Shown: in pieces, positions 40,076-51,882 of the stretch
Layout: each line of letters begins with the position of its first letter
Numbering within the stretch: position 1 is the stretch's first letter
NCBI GenBank assembly: GCA_002269645.1
Contig: NIVC01004010.1
Span: 1-64,000, forward strand
DNA from: Macrostomum lignano
Taxonomy: Eukaryota
Direction of reading: 5' to 3'
DNA: 64,000 nucleotides
Notes under the pieces: model-generated
The model's database searches: none
Seen by the model: the letters and a program-made list of their open reading frames with translations, nothing else
What the model was told of the DNA's origin: nothing
Program-made: the position numbers and the translations under genes

Positions 40076-41005
40076 GCAGACAGACAGACATTATAAATCG
40101 GAAATCACCCAACGCTACAGATGCTGGAGAAGCGGCGTCACTCCAAAGTAACCAAAAAGTCTAAAGCTCGTCGGGAGCTGCTCAAAGCGCAGGATTTCGC
40201 TGGAAACAGCGGCGCTGCCACCGCCGCAGCCGGAAGCGCCGCGAGCGTCGATCTGAGTGCCAGCAGCGGCGCCGGCGGCAACCTGGAGAGCCTGCAGCAG
40301 AAGCAGGCCAGCGCCGAACAGAAGCGGCTCGCCCAGCTGGCCGCGGTGCAGGAGAAGCAGCGGCTGCGCGAGGAGCGCGCCCGAGCGGCCAGGGAGCGCG
40401 CCAGGCTGATGAAGCAGGAGCAGCTGGAGTCCGAGCTGCAGATTGAGAAGGACGAGGCGGACGATGGTTCCGACAGTGAGTTGCTGTTATTTTGTTTGCT
40501 ATTGTTTGAATTGATTTCTCAAGCTTGACATCTCAAGGTACGAGACACCTGTACTGACACATCTGAGCTCAACAATGAGTTTGTGTTTGATACGATGTGA
40601 ACAAATGCACATATGAATAAAATTACTTATAATAATGCTATAAGTAGAGAGGAATGAAAATTTCCACTAAAATTCTCTGATTCATACGCAAAAATTCAAA
40701 GAAGCTGCTTTTGGCAATAAAAATGCTAAATAATCCGTCCCGCCATCCCAGCGGACTCCTGGCTCGGTGACAACGACGGTCAGGGCCGCGGCCGGCAGCG
40801 CCAGCCGAAGAACGCCGCCTCTGCGCCGCCGCTGGGCCACCAGCAGTCGCAGCGGGACAGCAGCGGCTACAGCTCGCGTGACGCCTCCAGCGCCACGGAT
40901 CCGGCCGGCCGAGGTGGCGACTCGGCGGCTGGCAGTCGTGTCCAAACCGGGAAGACAGTGTCCACCGTGCTGGAGGGCGAGCTGGACAATGACTTCTACG
41001 ACTGA
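38571..41005 (+). CDS. Stathmin-domain-containing (STMND1)/CCDC198-like lipid-anchored coiled-coil protein, ~346 aa, 5 exons
   Basis: Exons 38571-38754, 39626-39786, 39874-39960, 40121-40475 and 40752-41005 total 1041 nt with phases 1,0,0,1. It has an MGCGASK myristoyl/palmitoyl-type N-terminus, VAFSI.V, KPLPPRLRHLEPL and LAEKLRKAEEKRER stathmin-like helices. AATAAA at 41592. Confidence 0.85.
39985..40090. repeat. (CAGA)n intronic microsatellite
   Basis: Direct observation. Confidence 0.95.
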
Positions 41006-42529
41006 ATTGCGCGGTTGTGAAGCGATTGAGATTTCGCTTTGGTATTTTTATAATTTGAACTTGTCGATTTTCTGGATAGAACTGTTTTTATTTCGGCATA
41101 GTGTTCGTTGAAATAGTTGGTTTAGTCAAATCAAATTCGAATTCGCGCCAAAGCAAGACATTGTTCAACAAAGTTTTAGTTGAAAAGCATACCTTCTAAA
41201 TTATTTTTAGATCGCAGAGTCACTTTTTAAAAGAATTATTTTTCAAGAGTTTTAGGCATTTAAATGCGGTAAAAAATGTCTCCCTTTGGCGTAAATTTGA
41301 AATTGATTTCGACCTATCGAAAGACAAAGAGGAATATCTGTAGTTGCTTATATTGCGCTTTTTTGATCGTTACTTGATTTCTCGCTTGTCAAATAGTTTT
41401 ACTTTTATTTATTTTCTTTATAAAATTATTGACCGTGGATTACTTTAATTTAATTGTGATGTTTAAATGGAAGATGACTGAAGTTCGTCAGAAACAGAGC
41501 AGGAGATTTAGTTTGTAGTTTATCAAATTCAATATAGATCGAGTTTTTTGCTTTGTTTTAGCGAGTGTGAAGGTGCGTGCAAATAAGTTTGAATAAAATA
41601 TTTTGTTAGAATGCGTATTACAGAATGGTTGACGCAAACATTCTGAAATCCAACTGAGGTGAGGTTAAAGCTTAATTTAGAAAAAAAAACCGTTTTTTCA
41701 TTTTCTTATAACTGCAGCACCCGCCTCTTCCCGACTAATCGTCTATCTGCCTTGCTATTATTAAGTTAATTGATCTTTTGTATCTTTTAGTTAGGATTAC
41801 AGACGAGTCAGTGCCTATAATATGCTATATGCGTTTGCATTACTAACAGTAACAAGTTGCAACCGTGGCAATATAATCATTTTTGCAAGTTAAAAACTTC
41901 GGCTATTTTTTACTTTCAGAGACCTTTTGGAAGTTAAAAAGTAATTCATTTCTTATTAATTAGCACCATTCGCTGTCTTAAACTTTAAATTGAAGTGTTT
42001 TTGCTTTTTATTGTTTTTTGACTTTTTGCACCCTGCATTTTCTGCTTTTGGTGTTGTTCTCAGAAATACTTTGCTGTTGTTGTTGCTAACTGCTAATTGG
42101 TTGGCCTTGATGTCACAAGGTAAACAGCCGCTGTTTTAAACAAAATTAAAGTTTTAAATAACCTTGCAGCAATCTTAGAGACGTTTGGGTTCATTCCCAG
42201 GGATTTTTTCAGATTTTTGCATGCACGCTTCATCAAACTGCCAGGCGAACTTCTATGATTTTTTGATACCCAAACGGAGTTCTTAATTTTCAAAATGATT
42301 CTTAATAGCGCCAAAAAAAACTAGTGAAGAGTTTAATAAAATATACCTTTTACAAAATCTAAATTGCTCAGTTGCAATATAATTTCTGCCTTTTAACCGC
42401 TTGAACTTAATGGCAAAGAGACAATAAAATGCCATGCTTTAAATATCCTTTGTTCTGGATTTGACTTTTGAGTTTACACAATCTTCACTCTTTAATTACA
42501 AAGGAGCCTCCAATTCTGATTGGAAGCTT

Positions 42530-43135
42530 CTGATTCCCCCTGTGGCTCCCCCGATTTCCCCTGTGGCTCCCCCGATTCCCCCCTGTGGCTCCCCCGATTC
42601 CCCCCTGTGGCTCCCCCGATTCCCCCCTGTGGCTCCCCCGATTCCCCCCTGTGGCTCCCCCGATTCCCCCCTGTGGCTCCCCCGATTCCCCCTGTGGCTC
42701 CCCCGATTCCCCCTGTGGCTCCCCCGATTCCCCCCTGTGGCTCCCCCGATTCCCCCCTGTGGCTCCCCCGATTCCCCCCTGTGGCTCCCCGATTCCCCCC
42801 TGTGGCTCCCCGATTCCCCCCTGTGGCTCCCCCGATTCCCCCCTGTGGCTCCCCCGATTCCCCCCTGTGGCTCCCCGATTCCCCCCTGTGGCTCCCCCGA
42901 TTCCCCCCTGTGGCTCCCCCGATTCCCCCCTGTGGCTCCCCCGATTCCCCCCTGTGGCTCCCCGATTCCCCCCTGTGGCTCCCCCAATTCCCCCCTGTGG
43001 CTCCCCCGATTCCCCCCTGTGGCTCCCCGATTCCCCCCTGTAGCTCCCCCGATTCCCCCTGTGGCTCCCCCGATTCCCCCCTGTGGCTCCCCCGATTCCC
43101 CCCTGTAGCTCCCCCGATTCCCCCTGTGGCTCCCC
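42530..43135. repeat. C-rich 21-22 bp minisatellite (CCCCCGATTCCCCCCTGTGGCT)
   Basis: About 28 tandem copies; generates Pro-rich and Gly-rich spurious ORFs on both strands. Confidence 0.97.
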
Positions 43136-43630
43136 TGATGCTGGAGCACCCCCTGATTTTTTTCAGGTCAAACGTATAATTGCTAGGACCTGTACGGTCA
43201 TAATAATTACGTAATTACCGATCCTAATTGCTAAACCTGAGAATTATGTAAGACCATTTTATGACGAAAAGTTTTTGTACGGCCAAGGCAATGCGAGCGC
43301 GAAGTCATGGTCTAAATTTACACCATGATGGCATCGCAGTAGGTCACGTGCAGATCGCGACACAAGAAAATGCTGCGTAAAACGAAACATTCTCTCCTAG
43401 AAGCAACGACTTTCGCTGCAGGCTTGCTAGCCAAGTTAATTATGGCAACGAAAACCTGACGCACAGGTGCGGGCCCAACTTTGTTCGAGCGCTTATCTCG
43501 GAGTGCGCGCAGCCGTTGGAATCGGGTATTTATAAGCTCGCATTGGCTCTTACCGCTCGTTCAGTTCGATCTTTCGAACCGACCTCTCGCTGCCTTGTCC
43601 GCGCACTCTTCTTGTCCCACTGGGCTCAGC

Positions 43631-44191
43631 ATGCCGAAGGCCTGGCTCAAGCCCACAGACAAACCCGGCCGCTCCCGACTGCGCGCCAGCGACAGCCAGT
43701 CAGCTGACGCAGAAGACGGAGCCGCTGTCGCCGTCGCAACCGAGACGTCAATCACTCCTCGCCAAATGTGCGACTTCTGGCAGCAGACTCGCTCCGAGAT
43801 CATTGAATCGGCGCTCGAGGCCAGGGATGTCCTCTCCGGCAGGCGGGACTGCTGGCTGAGCAGCCGGAGCTCCGCGAACTCGTCCACGACGTCTCTGGTA
43901 GCTGCTGTTGAAGCTGATGTCCCAGCGGACGGCGATGCGGCTGTTGAATCAGCGCCGCTGTCCGCCAAGCGCCGCCTTCCTTTGCTGGCCCGACTGAAGC
44001 AGCTGGCGATCTTCGGCGGCGGCAGCCCGGAATTCCGGGCGCTGAACTGCGAGTGCTCGGCTTGGAGCCTGGAGGCTCAGGCGCCGCCCGGGGCGCCGCA
44101 GCGAGGCCGAGCGGCGGCGGCACTCTGGAGGCGACCGCTGAGCTGGCTGGAGGGAGTCCGGCGGCAGAAGCGGGCCAGTCTCGACTGCTGA
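43631..44191 (+). CDS. Intronless uncharacterised protein, 186 aa
   Basis: ATG at 43631 lies inside a longer open frame. GC3-rich codons like the neighbouring genes, TATTTATAA at ~43527 and AATAAA at ~44348. No domain recognised. Confidence 0.6.
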   Translation: MPKAWLKPTDKPGRSRLRASDSQSADAEDGAAVAVATETSITPRQMCDFWQQTRSEIIESALEARDVLSGRRDCWLSSRSSANSSTTSLVAAVEADVPADGDAAVESAPLSAKRRLPLLARLKQLAIFGGGSPEFRALNCECSAWSLEAQAPPGAPQRGRAAAALWRRPLSWLEGVRRQKRASLDC

Positions 44192-44925
44192 CTAACGGAG
44201 CACCAATTATGTACAGCTAATAACCCCTTGTGCTCATTGGTACATCACTGCATGCTCACTTGATTATTCATTCTTGGGTGAAAATTCATCTAAATTTTAC
44301 TAATAGCTTTGTAAATAGTTTAATACGACTATGCTGTATGATTTTTTAATAAATTTATTCAAGTTATCCAACAGACAGAAGCTCAGGACTGCTTGTACAA
44401 GCAGGGGAGAGCAGTGCTTCAAATTTGCTACATGTTGTGCGGCTGGTTTCTTACACACCTCTAAGCATCGAATTTAGATTAGCTTGCTAGAGTGCCCCCC
44501 ACGCAAAGCAGTTGAGTATGCAAAAAGTTCGGAATTTTATAGCCCCTCTCAGAAATACCCTAAATACCCTTCGGTGCAGAACTGTAAGGCACACATTCTT
44601 GCTCGTACTATGGAGCTGAGAGAAGTCTAAACTACCTTTCGTATCGGGGTAAAATAGTAAAATGCTAGAGGCTGCTTGATACGAACATTTTTAAATTAAA
44701 GCTCACACAGCCAGCACAATGGAGTGTATTTTCTCTTTCAATTTCGGAGAGCATCTCGGGAGCAGCCCTCGGCCTGGAGGGGGGGGGGGAGGCTGCGCTC
44801 TCTGAGACCCGCATGCCCGCACTTGAGCCACGCGTATAGCCAGACTATTAAATAGATGAAGAGCGGCAGCAAACAAGCTGTGCAGTTCGGGAAGGACCCA
44901 AAGCTGCAGAGTGTTGGCAGCGATC

Positions 44926-45714
44926 ATGCCTCAGTTATGGAACGAGTCCAGAAGCAACGACACTGCAGACTCCAGCTGGAGCCCGAAGCCGCTGTTCGTC
45001 GTGCCCAAGTCGGCCATCACGGTGATGGTCGCCTTTGCGCTGCTCGCCATCGGCTTCGGCCTGGCCAAGCTGCTCAACCGCTTCTACAGGCGGTCTCATT
45101 TGCGCGACGACCGCAGCGACGTCAGCGACCACACGCGGCAGCTGCTGAGCCTGCAGAAGTCAACCAGGCAAGGCCTCCTGCAGCGGCGTCGGGCGAAGCG
45201 GGCGGAAATGTCCGAGACGGAGCGACTGCAGTGGCAGATGACGGTGCTCAGCATGTGGCAGCGCCGGCCGGAGGAGGAGGACGAGTCGGACATGGACCCG
45301 CACACCGCCATGCTCAGCCGCCTGCGCAAGGCCTGGCTGATGAAGCGCAACCGAAGCCGGCAGCCGGAGGCTGGGCAGGCCAACGGGCAGCAGAAGAAGC
45401 AGCGCACGGAGGAGGAGCTGCAGGCCGAGGTGAAGCGGCTGGCACTCGCCTGGCTGGCCGCGAGTCGCGCCGCCGCCGCCGTGACGCGCCGCAATCGGCG
45501 CCGATCGGCCAGCCACAACGCGATGATGCGCCGACTGAGTCGGGCCTGGCGCCAGCACATGGGCACCATTGCCGAGGCCGAGGCGGGCGACTCGGACAAT
45601 GACAGCTACATCACCGTCGCTGACCAGCTGTCGGCACGCGATGCCGCCAGCGCCGCGGACTTGGAGGCCGCCTCGGGGCGCAGAGACGGAGGCTACACGT
45701 GCCGCCTGCAGTGA
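44926..45714 (+). CDS. Intronless uncharacterised single-pass membrane protein, 262 aa
   Basis: Short N-terminus with N-glycosylation sequons NES and NDT, then TM AITVMVAFALLAIGFGLAKLL and a basic RFYRR stop-transfer. Strong coding-like codon bias, TATTAAATA at ~44846 and AATAAA at 45831. Confidence 0.75.
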   Translation: MPQLWNESRSNDTADSSWSPKPLFVVPKSAITVMVAFALLAIGFGLAKLLNRFYRRSHLRDDRSDVSDHTRQLLSLQKSTRQGLLQRRRAKRAEMSETERLQWQMTVLSMWQRRPEEEDESDMDPHTAMLSRLRKAWLMKRNRSRQPEAGQANGQQKKQRTEEELQAEVKRLALAWLAASRAAAAVTRRNRRRSASHNAMMRRLSRAWRQHMGTIAEAEAGDSDNDSYITVADQLSARDAASAADLEAASGRRDGGYTCRLQ

Positions 45715-46350
45715 CCGTTTGCCCCGCCATGCAGAGTGCAGCCGTTGGCATTTATCGACTTAAATTCGAATGTATATTTAGCCTAAACATCTAATTTAAT
45801 TTCACGAGTGATTAGTATGAAATCAGCGATAATAAAATCATTAAAAGAATCAGCAATAGCCCCCTCTTTTGCCAATAGCTAGTAAAGCGATGTCCGCTGA
45901 GACGAAAGCAACTTCATTTCGGCGCCTCAGTTGACATCCCTACTGTTATTTCGACACAATCTAGCATCTATCTAAATCTATCCTTACATATGTTTGCACC
46001 ATATCAGCTCCAGTGTGTCCCTGGAGATATTTAGTCTTTATTCATACAGTGTCGAAGCTTGAAATTCTATAACTTTGACTCCAATTTTTTGAATTTCATA
46101 ATTCAAAAACAATACTTTAACAAAAAATCTCTCGTCGTTCAAAAATTATTTGAAATTTTTAAAGCCGCTTAAGTTTACTTGTTAAGCTTCGAATGGTGAG
46201 TTTCAGTATGAGATTCAAAATTTTTAGTTGGTTCAAAAACTTGAGTTAGTTCTGAGTTATTCCCCAGTTAAAAAAGCTTTCAGAGAGGTCATTACTGAGA
46301 AAGCTAAACTGGATTGCTATAAATCAATGGAAAATAAGACATTCCTGATT

Positions 46351-46708
46351 TGTGTCCTGTGGGTCAGTCAGCTGTAGCAGTGTATTGTGGGTCAGTCAGC
46401 TGTAGCAGTGTCTTGTGGATCAGTCAGCTGTAACAGTGTCTTGTAGGTCAGTCAGCTGTAGCAGTGTCTTGTGGATCAGTCAGCTGTAGCAGAGTATTGT
46501 GGGTCAGTCAGCTGTAGCAGTGTCTTGTGGGTCAGTCAGCTGTAGCAGTGTCTTGTGGGTCAGTTAGCTGTAGCAGTGTCTTGTAGGTCAGTCAGCTGTA
46601 GCAGTGTATTGTGGGTCAGTCAGCTGTAGCAGCGTCTTGTAGGTCAGTCAGCTGTAGCAGTGTCTTGTGGGTCAGTCAGCTGTAGCATTGTCTTGTGGGT
46701 CAGTCAGC
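46351..46708. repeat. 28-bp satellite, left arm (GGGTCAGTCAGCTGTAGCAGTGTCTTGT)
   Basis: Tandem copies; the same unit resumes at 49718. Confidence 0.95.
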
Positions 46709-49700
46709 GCCAAGTTCGCCAAGTTCGCGCCTGACCTCGCCAGTAGGGTGCCTGCAGCGTGAGCAGCAGCACCTCCTGCACCGGCTGTGGGCAGTACGAC
46801 TCGGCGCGGATGAGATGGCCTGCGAGCTGGAGTCGCCGACGGCGCAGTAGATCGCTTGGACGTGGCAAGCCAGTGCGGCGATAGAGTGCCGCGTTGTTGA
46901 CTCGCTTGACGCCGATGTTGAAGGCGGCGTGCAGCAGGCCAGCGTGCGCCGCATCGACTTGCTGTTCGAGTGAGTCCGTCAGCGTCCAGGTCTCGGCGTT
47001 GTAGAGCAGGACGGTCTCGATTACCGCCTGGAACAGCGCCGCCCATTGGCGGTCCGGTAGGGCCTCGGACTGCAGGACTGCCCTCACAGAACAAAAGGCA
47101 GCCCAGGCAAGCCCGCGACGGCGTCGCAGGTCCTAGCGAGCGTCTGGAACCAGACCACCGAGGTAGACGAACTGCTGACATCGCGGGAGCTCGGTCGCCT
47201 GCCCGTCAGCGCCTCGGCAGAATATTGCAGCCTCGCTGTCGTCCGGCACGCAGAGCACAACGGTCTTCTGCGTGTTGACCACCAGGCCGACACTCGCCGC
47301 AACGGCAACCAGCCTGTCCAGCTGCCGTTGGGCGCCCTCGACGGTCGAGGACAGCAGGGCGAGGTCGTCGGCGTAGCCAAGCACGCTGAGCCGTTTCTCC
47401 GGTTGACGTCGACCACGCGTCGCCGCAGCAGAAAGCCGCGTCGTCGGTAGGCTGAGCAGTCCGCAGCACCCAGTCAAGCACCAGGATGAACAGGAACGGC
47501 GCCAACGTATCTCCCTGAAGCACTCCGGAGGAGGTCTCAAAGGAGTCCGATAGGCCGTCCGGTGTTGTCACAGCAGCTGTCGTATCACGGTACATCGCCA
47601 TGATGGCGGAGATCAGCTGCTCAGGCACGTTGTACGCGAGGAGCACCATTGGAAGCACGGCTCTGACAACCAAATCGAATGCCTTCTTGAAATCAATAAA
47701 GATTAGAATCAGGATCGACTGGCGAATCCGCGCCTCCTCGATGACTCGGCGAAGAGCCAGGATCTGCGCCACTGTGCCGCGATGGGGCCGGAACCCGTTC
47801 TGCTCTGGGCGCAGGTACGGATCCAGCACGGGCTGCAACCGCGAAAGCAGCATCCGGTTGAATAGCTTCGCTGCACAGGACTGAAGGCAGATGCCTCGAT
47901 GGTCTTCAAGCCTAGTGGTGCCCGGCTTCTTTGGAACAGCGACGATGTGCGCCGTGGTCCATTCGTTGGGCGCCGCCTCACCGAAGAGCACGCGGTTCAT
48001 CACTCTGGCGACCTCAGCGGCCACACAGGGGATGCGCAGCGCCTCGATGGGCACCTCGTCCGGACCCAGCGCTTTCCCGCCCGGTGACTGCTGGGCGAGC
48101 TTGACAACGTCGGCTGCGTTGACTGGGGCTACGCTAAAACTCTCCTCTGCCGGCAATGGCGTCTCCGGCGGCAGCGTCAGACTGTCTGGCAGCGGGGGTG
48201 GCGGCGCGTTAACGATGGCGGCGAAGAACTCGCGCAGCTCGTTCCTGCGCTCATCCGGAGTGTCACCAGCCAGGTTCAGCGGATTGCGCCGCTTTCGCCC
48301 CGTCAGAGCGTTGATGGCGGACCAGGCCACGCGCCCTCTGGCATCGGGCCCAGCGGCAGAGACAGCCTGAATGGCGTCATCGACAGCCGCTTGTTGGCGC
48401 TGCAGGTAGACAGCCGCCAGAGCTGCCTCTGCCTCGCGGGTTGGTCGCCTGCTCAAGCGGAGCCTCTCCAGATCTTCCCTCGATGCCTGAATCGCGGGGT
48501 CGTCCTGCCAGACCGGCTGCCCACGTTGAGCCGGTTGCATCATCGGGACTGCTTGCTCCGCGGCGGTTCTGACTGCAGCGCACACTTCCGCATACTCGGC
48601 ATTTCCACGCTTGTCGCCCAGCGCAGTGTTAAAGGCGCTAGCAAAGCGACGCTGCGTATCGGTGGCTCTGAGCGCGCGGTAGTAACTCCGCGGTGGCCGC
48701 TTCGGCGGACGGTAGAGCGGATCGCGAAGGTTGAGGTCGCAGATGAGGAGCCGGTGATCGGACCGCAGAGCCAGCGGCGTGATGGTGCGGCAGTTAACGG
48801 CGCGACGACGCTCACGGAAACGCACGAGCACGTGGTCGAGCTGTGCTTGTCTCCGGGTTGCGTTCCTGCCACGCGCGTTCCGTCGCCTCCGCTTGCAGCC
48901 CACGAAGGTTGCGAGACCACTCAGTGGCTTGCGGAAGCGGGTGTTGGCCGACACCATGTCCTGCCTCTCTAGGAAGTCCTCCAATGCCTCGGTGTTGTTG
49001 TTCTCGCGTGGCGTCACGAACAGCGACCTCTCGGACCTACGCAGGACTGCGTTCAGGTCTCCGAGGGCGACCGCTGTGTCACGCTGCGCCGTCGCCTCTA
49101 CCTGCACTGAGAGCTGCTCGAAAAACTCTTGAGCCTCGTCAGGGCGTGTGGCATGGGGCGCGTACGCGCAGAACAGGCGAGCATTCCGACCGCGAAGCCG
49201 GACGTCGATCCGAAGCAACCGGGGGACAGGGAGACGCAGCGACAGCTCTGCTGCAGCCTCGGCCCGATCAGCGCTCCAACTCCTCCACGGCCTCGCTGGT
49301 CCGCAGAAGTATAGTAGAGGGGCCACCCGGCGCCAAGTCCTCACAATGAAGTCCCGGCTCGGCCTTGCAGCTCAGGTCGTAAGCTAGCTTCGCCAGCACC
49401 CCTCTACGCCAAGCAGCCTTGAGAGTGCGGCAGTTCAGCGTCCCGACCCCAAGCATGCCCTGTGGTACGGCTGGGGCTCGATGCAGTTGAGCCTCACGGT
49501 CCCCGGCGCCGACCGGAGGATCCGAGTGGACCCGCGCGGCAGCCACGCAGCCGGCCTCGTCGGTTCCACTCACGCCGACGCTCAACACGCCGACGGGCGC
49601 TCCACTGCCCTCGCTTGGTCCTGCCGCATTTGGCCGCCGCAGCAGTTAAGCGCGGCTCTCCGTTCTGACCACGAGGAGATAGCGGCATTCATCTGCACCG

Positions 49701-49717
49701 TGGTGGAAATAAATTAA
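46709..49717 (-). mobile_element. RTE-clade-like non-LTR retrotransposon (APE endonuclease plus reverse transcriptase), inactivated and 3'-truncated
   Basis: APE motifs GTLNCRTL, CAYAPH, LGDLNA, LDHVLVR and SDHRLL. RT motifs ALGPDEVP, IVAVPKKPG, EQNGFR, FIDFKKAFD, GVLQGDTLAP, GYADDL and FVYLG, then RRRLQLAGHL. It has several frameshifts and an in-frame TAG near 47135. Confidence 0.95.
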
Positions 49718-50306
49718 TCAGCTGTAGCAGTGTCTTGTAGGTCAGTCAGCTGTAGCAGTGTATTGTGGGTCAGTCAGCTGTAGCAGTGTCTTGTGGGTCA
49801 GTCAGCTGTAGCAGTGTCTTGTGGGTCAGTCAGCTGTAGCATTGTCTTGTGGGTCAGTCAGCTGTAGCAGTGTCTTGTGGGTCAGTCAGCTGTAGCAGAG
49901 TATTGTGGGTCAGTCAGCTGTAGCAGTGTCTTGTGGGTCATTCAGCTGTAGCAGTGTATTGTATGTCAGTCAGCTGTAGCAGTGTATTGTGGGTCAGTCA
50001 GCTGTAGCAGTGTCTTGTGGGTCAGTCAGCTGTAGCAGTGTCTTGTGGGTCAGTCAGCTGTAGCATTGTCTTGTGGGTCAGTCAGCTGTAGCAGTGTCTT
50101 GTGGGTCAGTCAGCTGTAGCAGAGTATTGTGGGTCAGTCAGCTGTAGCAGTGTCTTGTGGGTCATTCAGCTGTAGCAGTGTATTGTATGTCAGTCAGCTG
50201 TAGCATTGTCTTGTGGGTCAGTCAGCTGTAGCAGTGTCCTGTGGGTCAGTCAGCTGTAGCATTGTCTTGTGGGTCAGTCAGCCGTAGCAGTGTCTCGTAG
50301 GTCAGT
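49718..50306. repeat. 28-bp satellite, right arm
   Basis: Same unit as 46351-46708. Confidence 0.95.
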
Positions 50307-50847
50307 GAAGTTCTTGAGTTTAAAGCAACGTCATGTCAAACATAAAAGGAGCTCAATGTAAAGGTGGATTGCTTAGATGTCAAGACTCATGGAGGGGAGT
50401 GTGGGTTGCTAAGATGCCAAGGGTCAATTTTAAGTTGTTGGTGGGCCAAGCCAAAGGGAGATTAGGGTTAAGCCATGCCCTAAAGCTCACAGGGGATGCT
50501 GATATCTTAGGCTTTCAGGGCTTTCAGGGCTGACGCTTTTTGCTTTAAATATCAATCAGTTTCTTTAGAATACTTTCAATAGCAGAAAACAAAAAAACAA
50601 GCAAAAAATTCCATTCTTTGTTGCCTCCCCAACAGGGGGGGGGGCGCTGATTGCTAGCTGGGTCTAACCTTGTATCTACTTTTTCTCATTAGTTTTATTT
50701 ATCAAAAATGAGCATAACTGCTTCGTAAAACAAAAAGATGGTAGGTCTGCTTTTAATTTTAATCATTGATTTATTGTGCGTTGTTAAACTCGTAATTTGG
50801 TTAAGAATTTCATTCAAAACAGCAATTCGATCCTCATTAGCAAACGA

Positions 50848-51882
50848 CTAGTAGACGAGCATCTCAATCTCCATCAGGGAGTAGCAGCATCCGTAGCCGT
50901 CCAGCCAGATCAGACCCTGACCGAAGGGTCCGTTCGGGCAGTCGGCAGCGTCTGGTACCGGCCGTTCGGGTGGCAGCGAGAGACCGAGTTGAACCACCAA
51001 GCTCCTTGATAGTCAGAAGCCACGTTCACGGACGGCACTCCGTCATTGTCCTGCTCGTGGGTGCTGAACTTGCTGCCGCTCATCGGACCGAATGAGTCAC
51101 CGATGGCCGAGCTGCTGCTGGAGAATCCGGACACGCTGAGTTGATAGCTGCTGGCCTCGGTCCAATGGAGAAGCTGGAGTACTCAGCCCAGGACTCGCTG
51201 CCGTTCCAAGACGTCATTACGAATCGGAGCTTGCGCCCTCCGGGAACAGAAGTGTAGCTATTCAGAGCTTCCAGGCCTGAAATTGGCGTGACAAAATGCT
51301 TTGTAGTCTACTTGCCTAAGTTTATATAGCCAGCATGTGGAAGCGTACCAATCCAGTAGTTTCTATCCTCATCCTCTCCGAACGGAAGTTTATATGCGGC
51401 CCAAGTGCGATAAAAATTGACGAATTTGAGACTCGGTGCTGCACCGTCATCCAGCACTTGCTGGCAGCCGCGCTCGGATCTGGAATATTCGAGCTAAGAA
51501 ATACACTGGAGCACAGCCAGCTTTACATGACAGCAGTTAAAAGCCTCCAAGAACAGTCACTTGGACCGGAACTCACCCAAACTTGCTGCTTTGCGGAGTT
51601 GATGTTTCGACACTTCCTACAGAGGCTTAACCCCAGGCGGCACTTGTAAATTCTGCACTCCGTTGTAGTTGAATTGTACTCAACGAGTTGAGCTGTAGTC
51701 AACTTTGAGCTGGCGGTTGCCAAGCATTGAAAAATTGATCCGCTTTGCTGCGAAGTGATTACTTCATAGTCCGACAGGTTGTCATGGCTTCGAATCCAGA
51801 GATCACTCAGCTGCGACATGGTCGATGCTCGATCAAACCTCGCAGAGAAATGCAGCAGGCACAGCAGGTGCACGAGCTTCAT
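50848..51882 (-). pseudogene. PAN/apple-like plus fibrinogen-related-domain gene, copy A; frameshifted as assembled (pseudogene or assembly error)
   Basis: Exons 51882-51577, 51493-51349 and 51276-50848 mirror copy B. It has a signal peptide, [44 protein letters not shown] and GAWWF. Two 1-nt deletions occur in exon 3 (~51165, ~50930) and a compensated shift in exon 2. Confidence 0.7.

Noticed and set aside
42461-43179. Pro-rich and Gly-rich ~215 aa ORFs resembling collagen or extensin
   Set aside because: Translations of the C-rich minisatellite on both strands; no signal peptide and no Gly-X-Y register.
47084-49688. Numerous overlapping GC-rich ORFs on both strands
   Set aside because: Alternate-frame and antisense shadows of the frameshifted RTE element.
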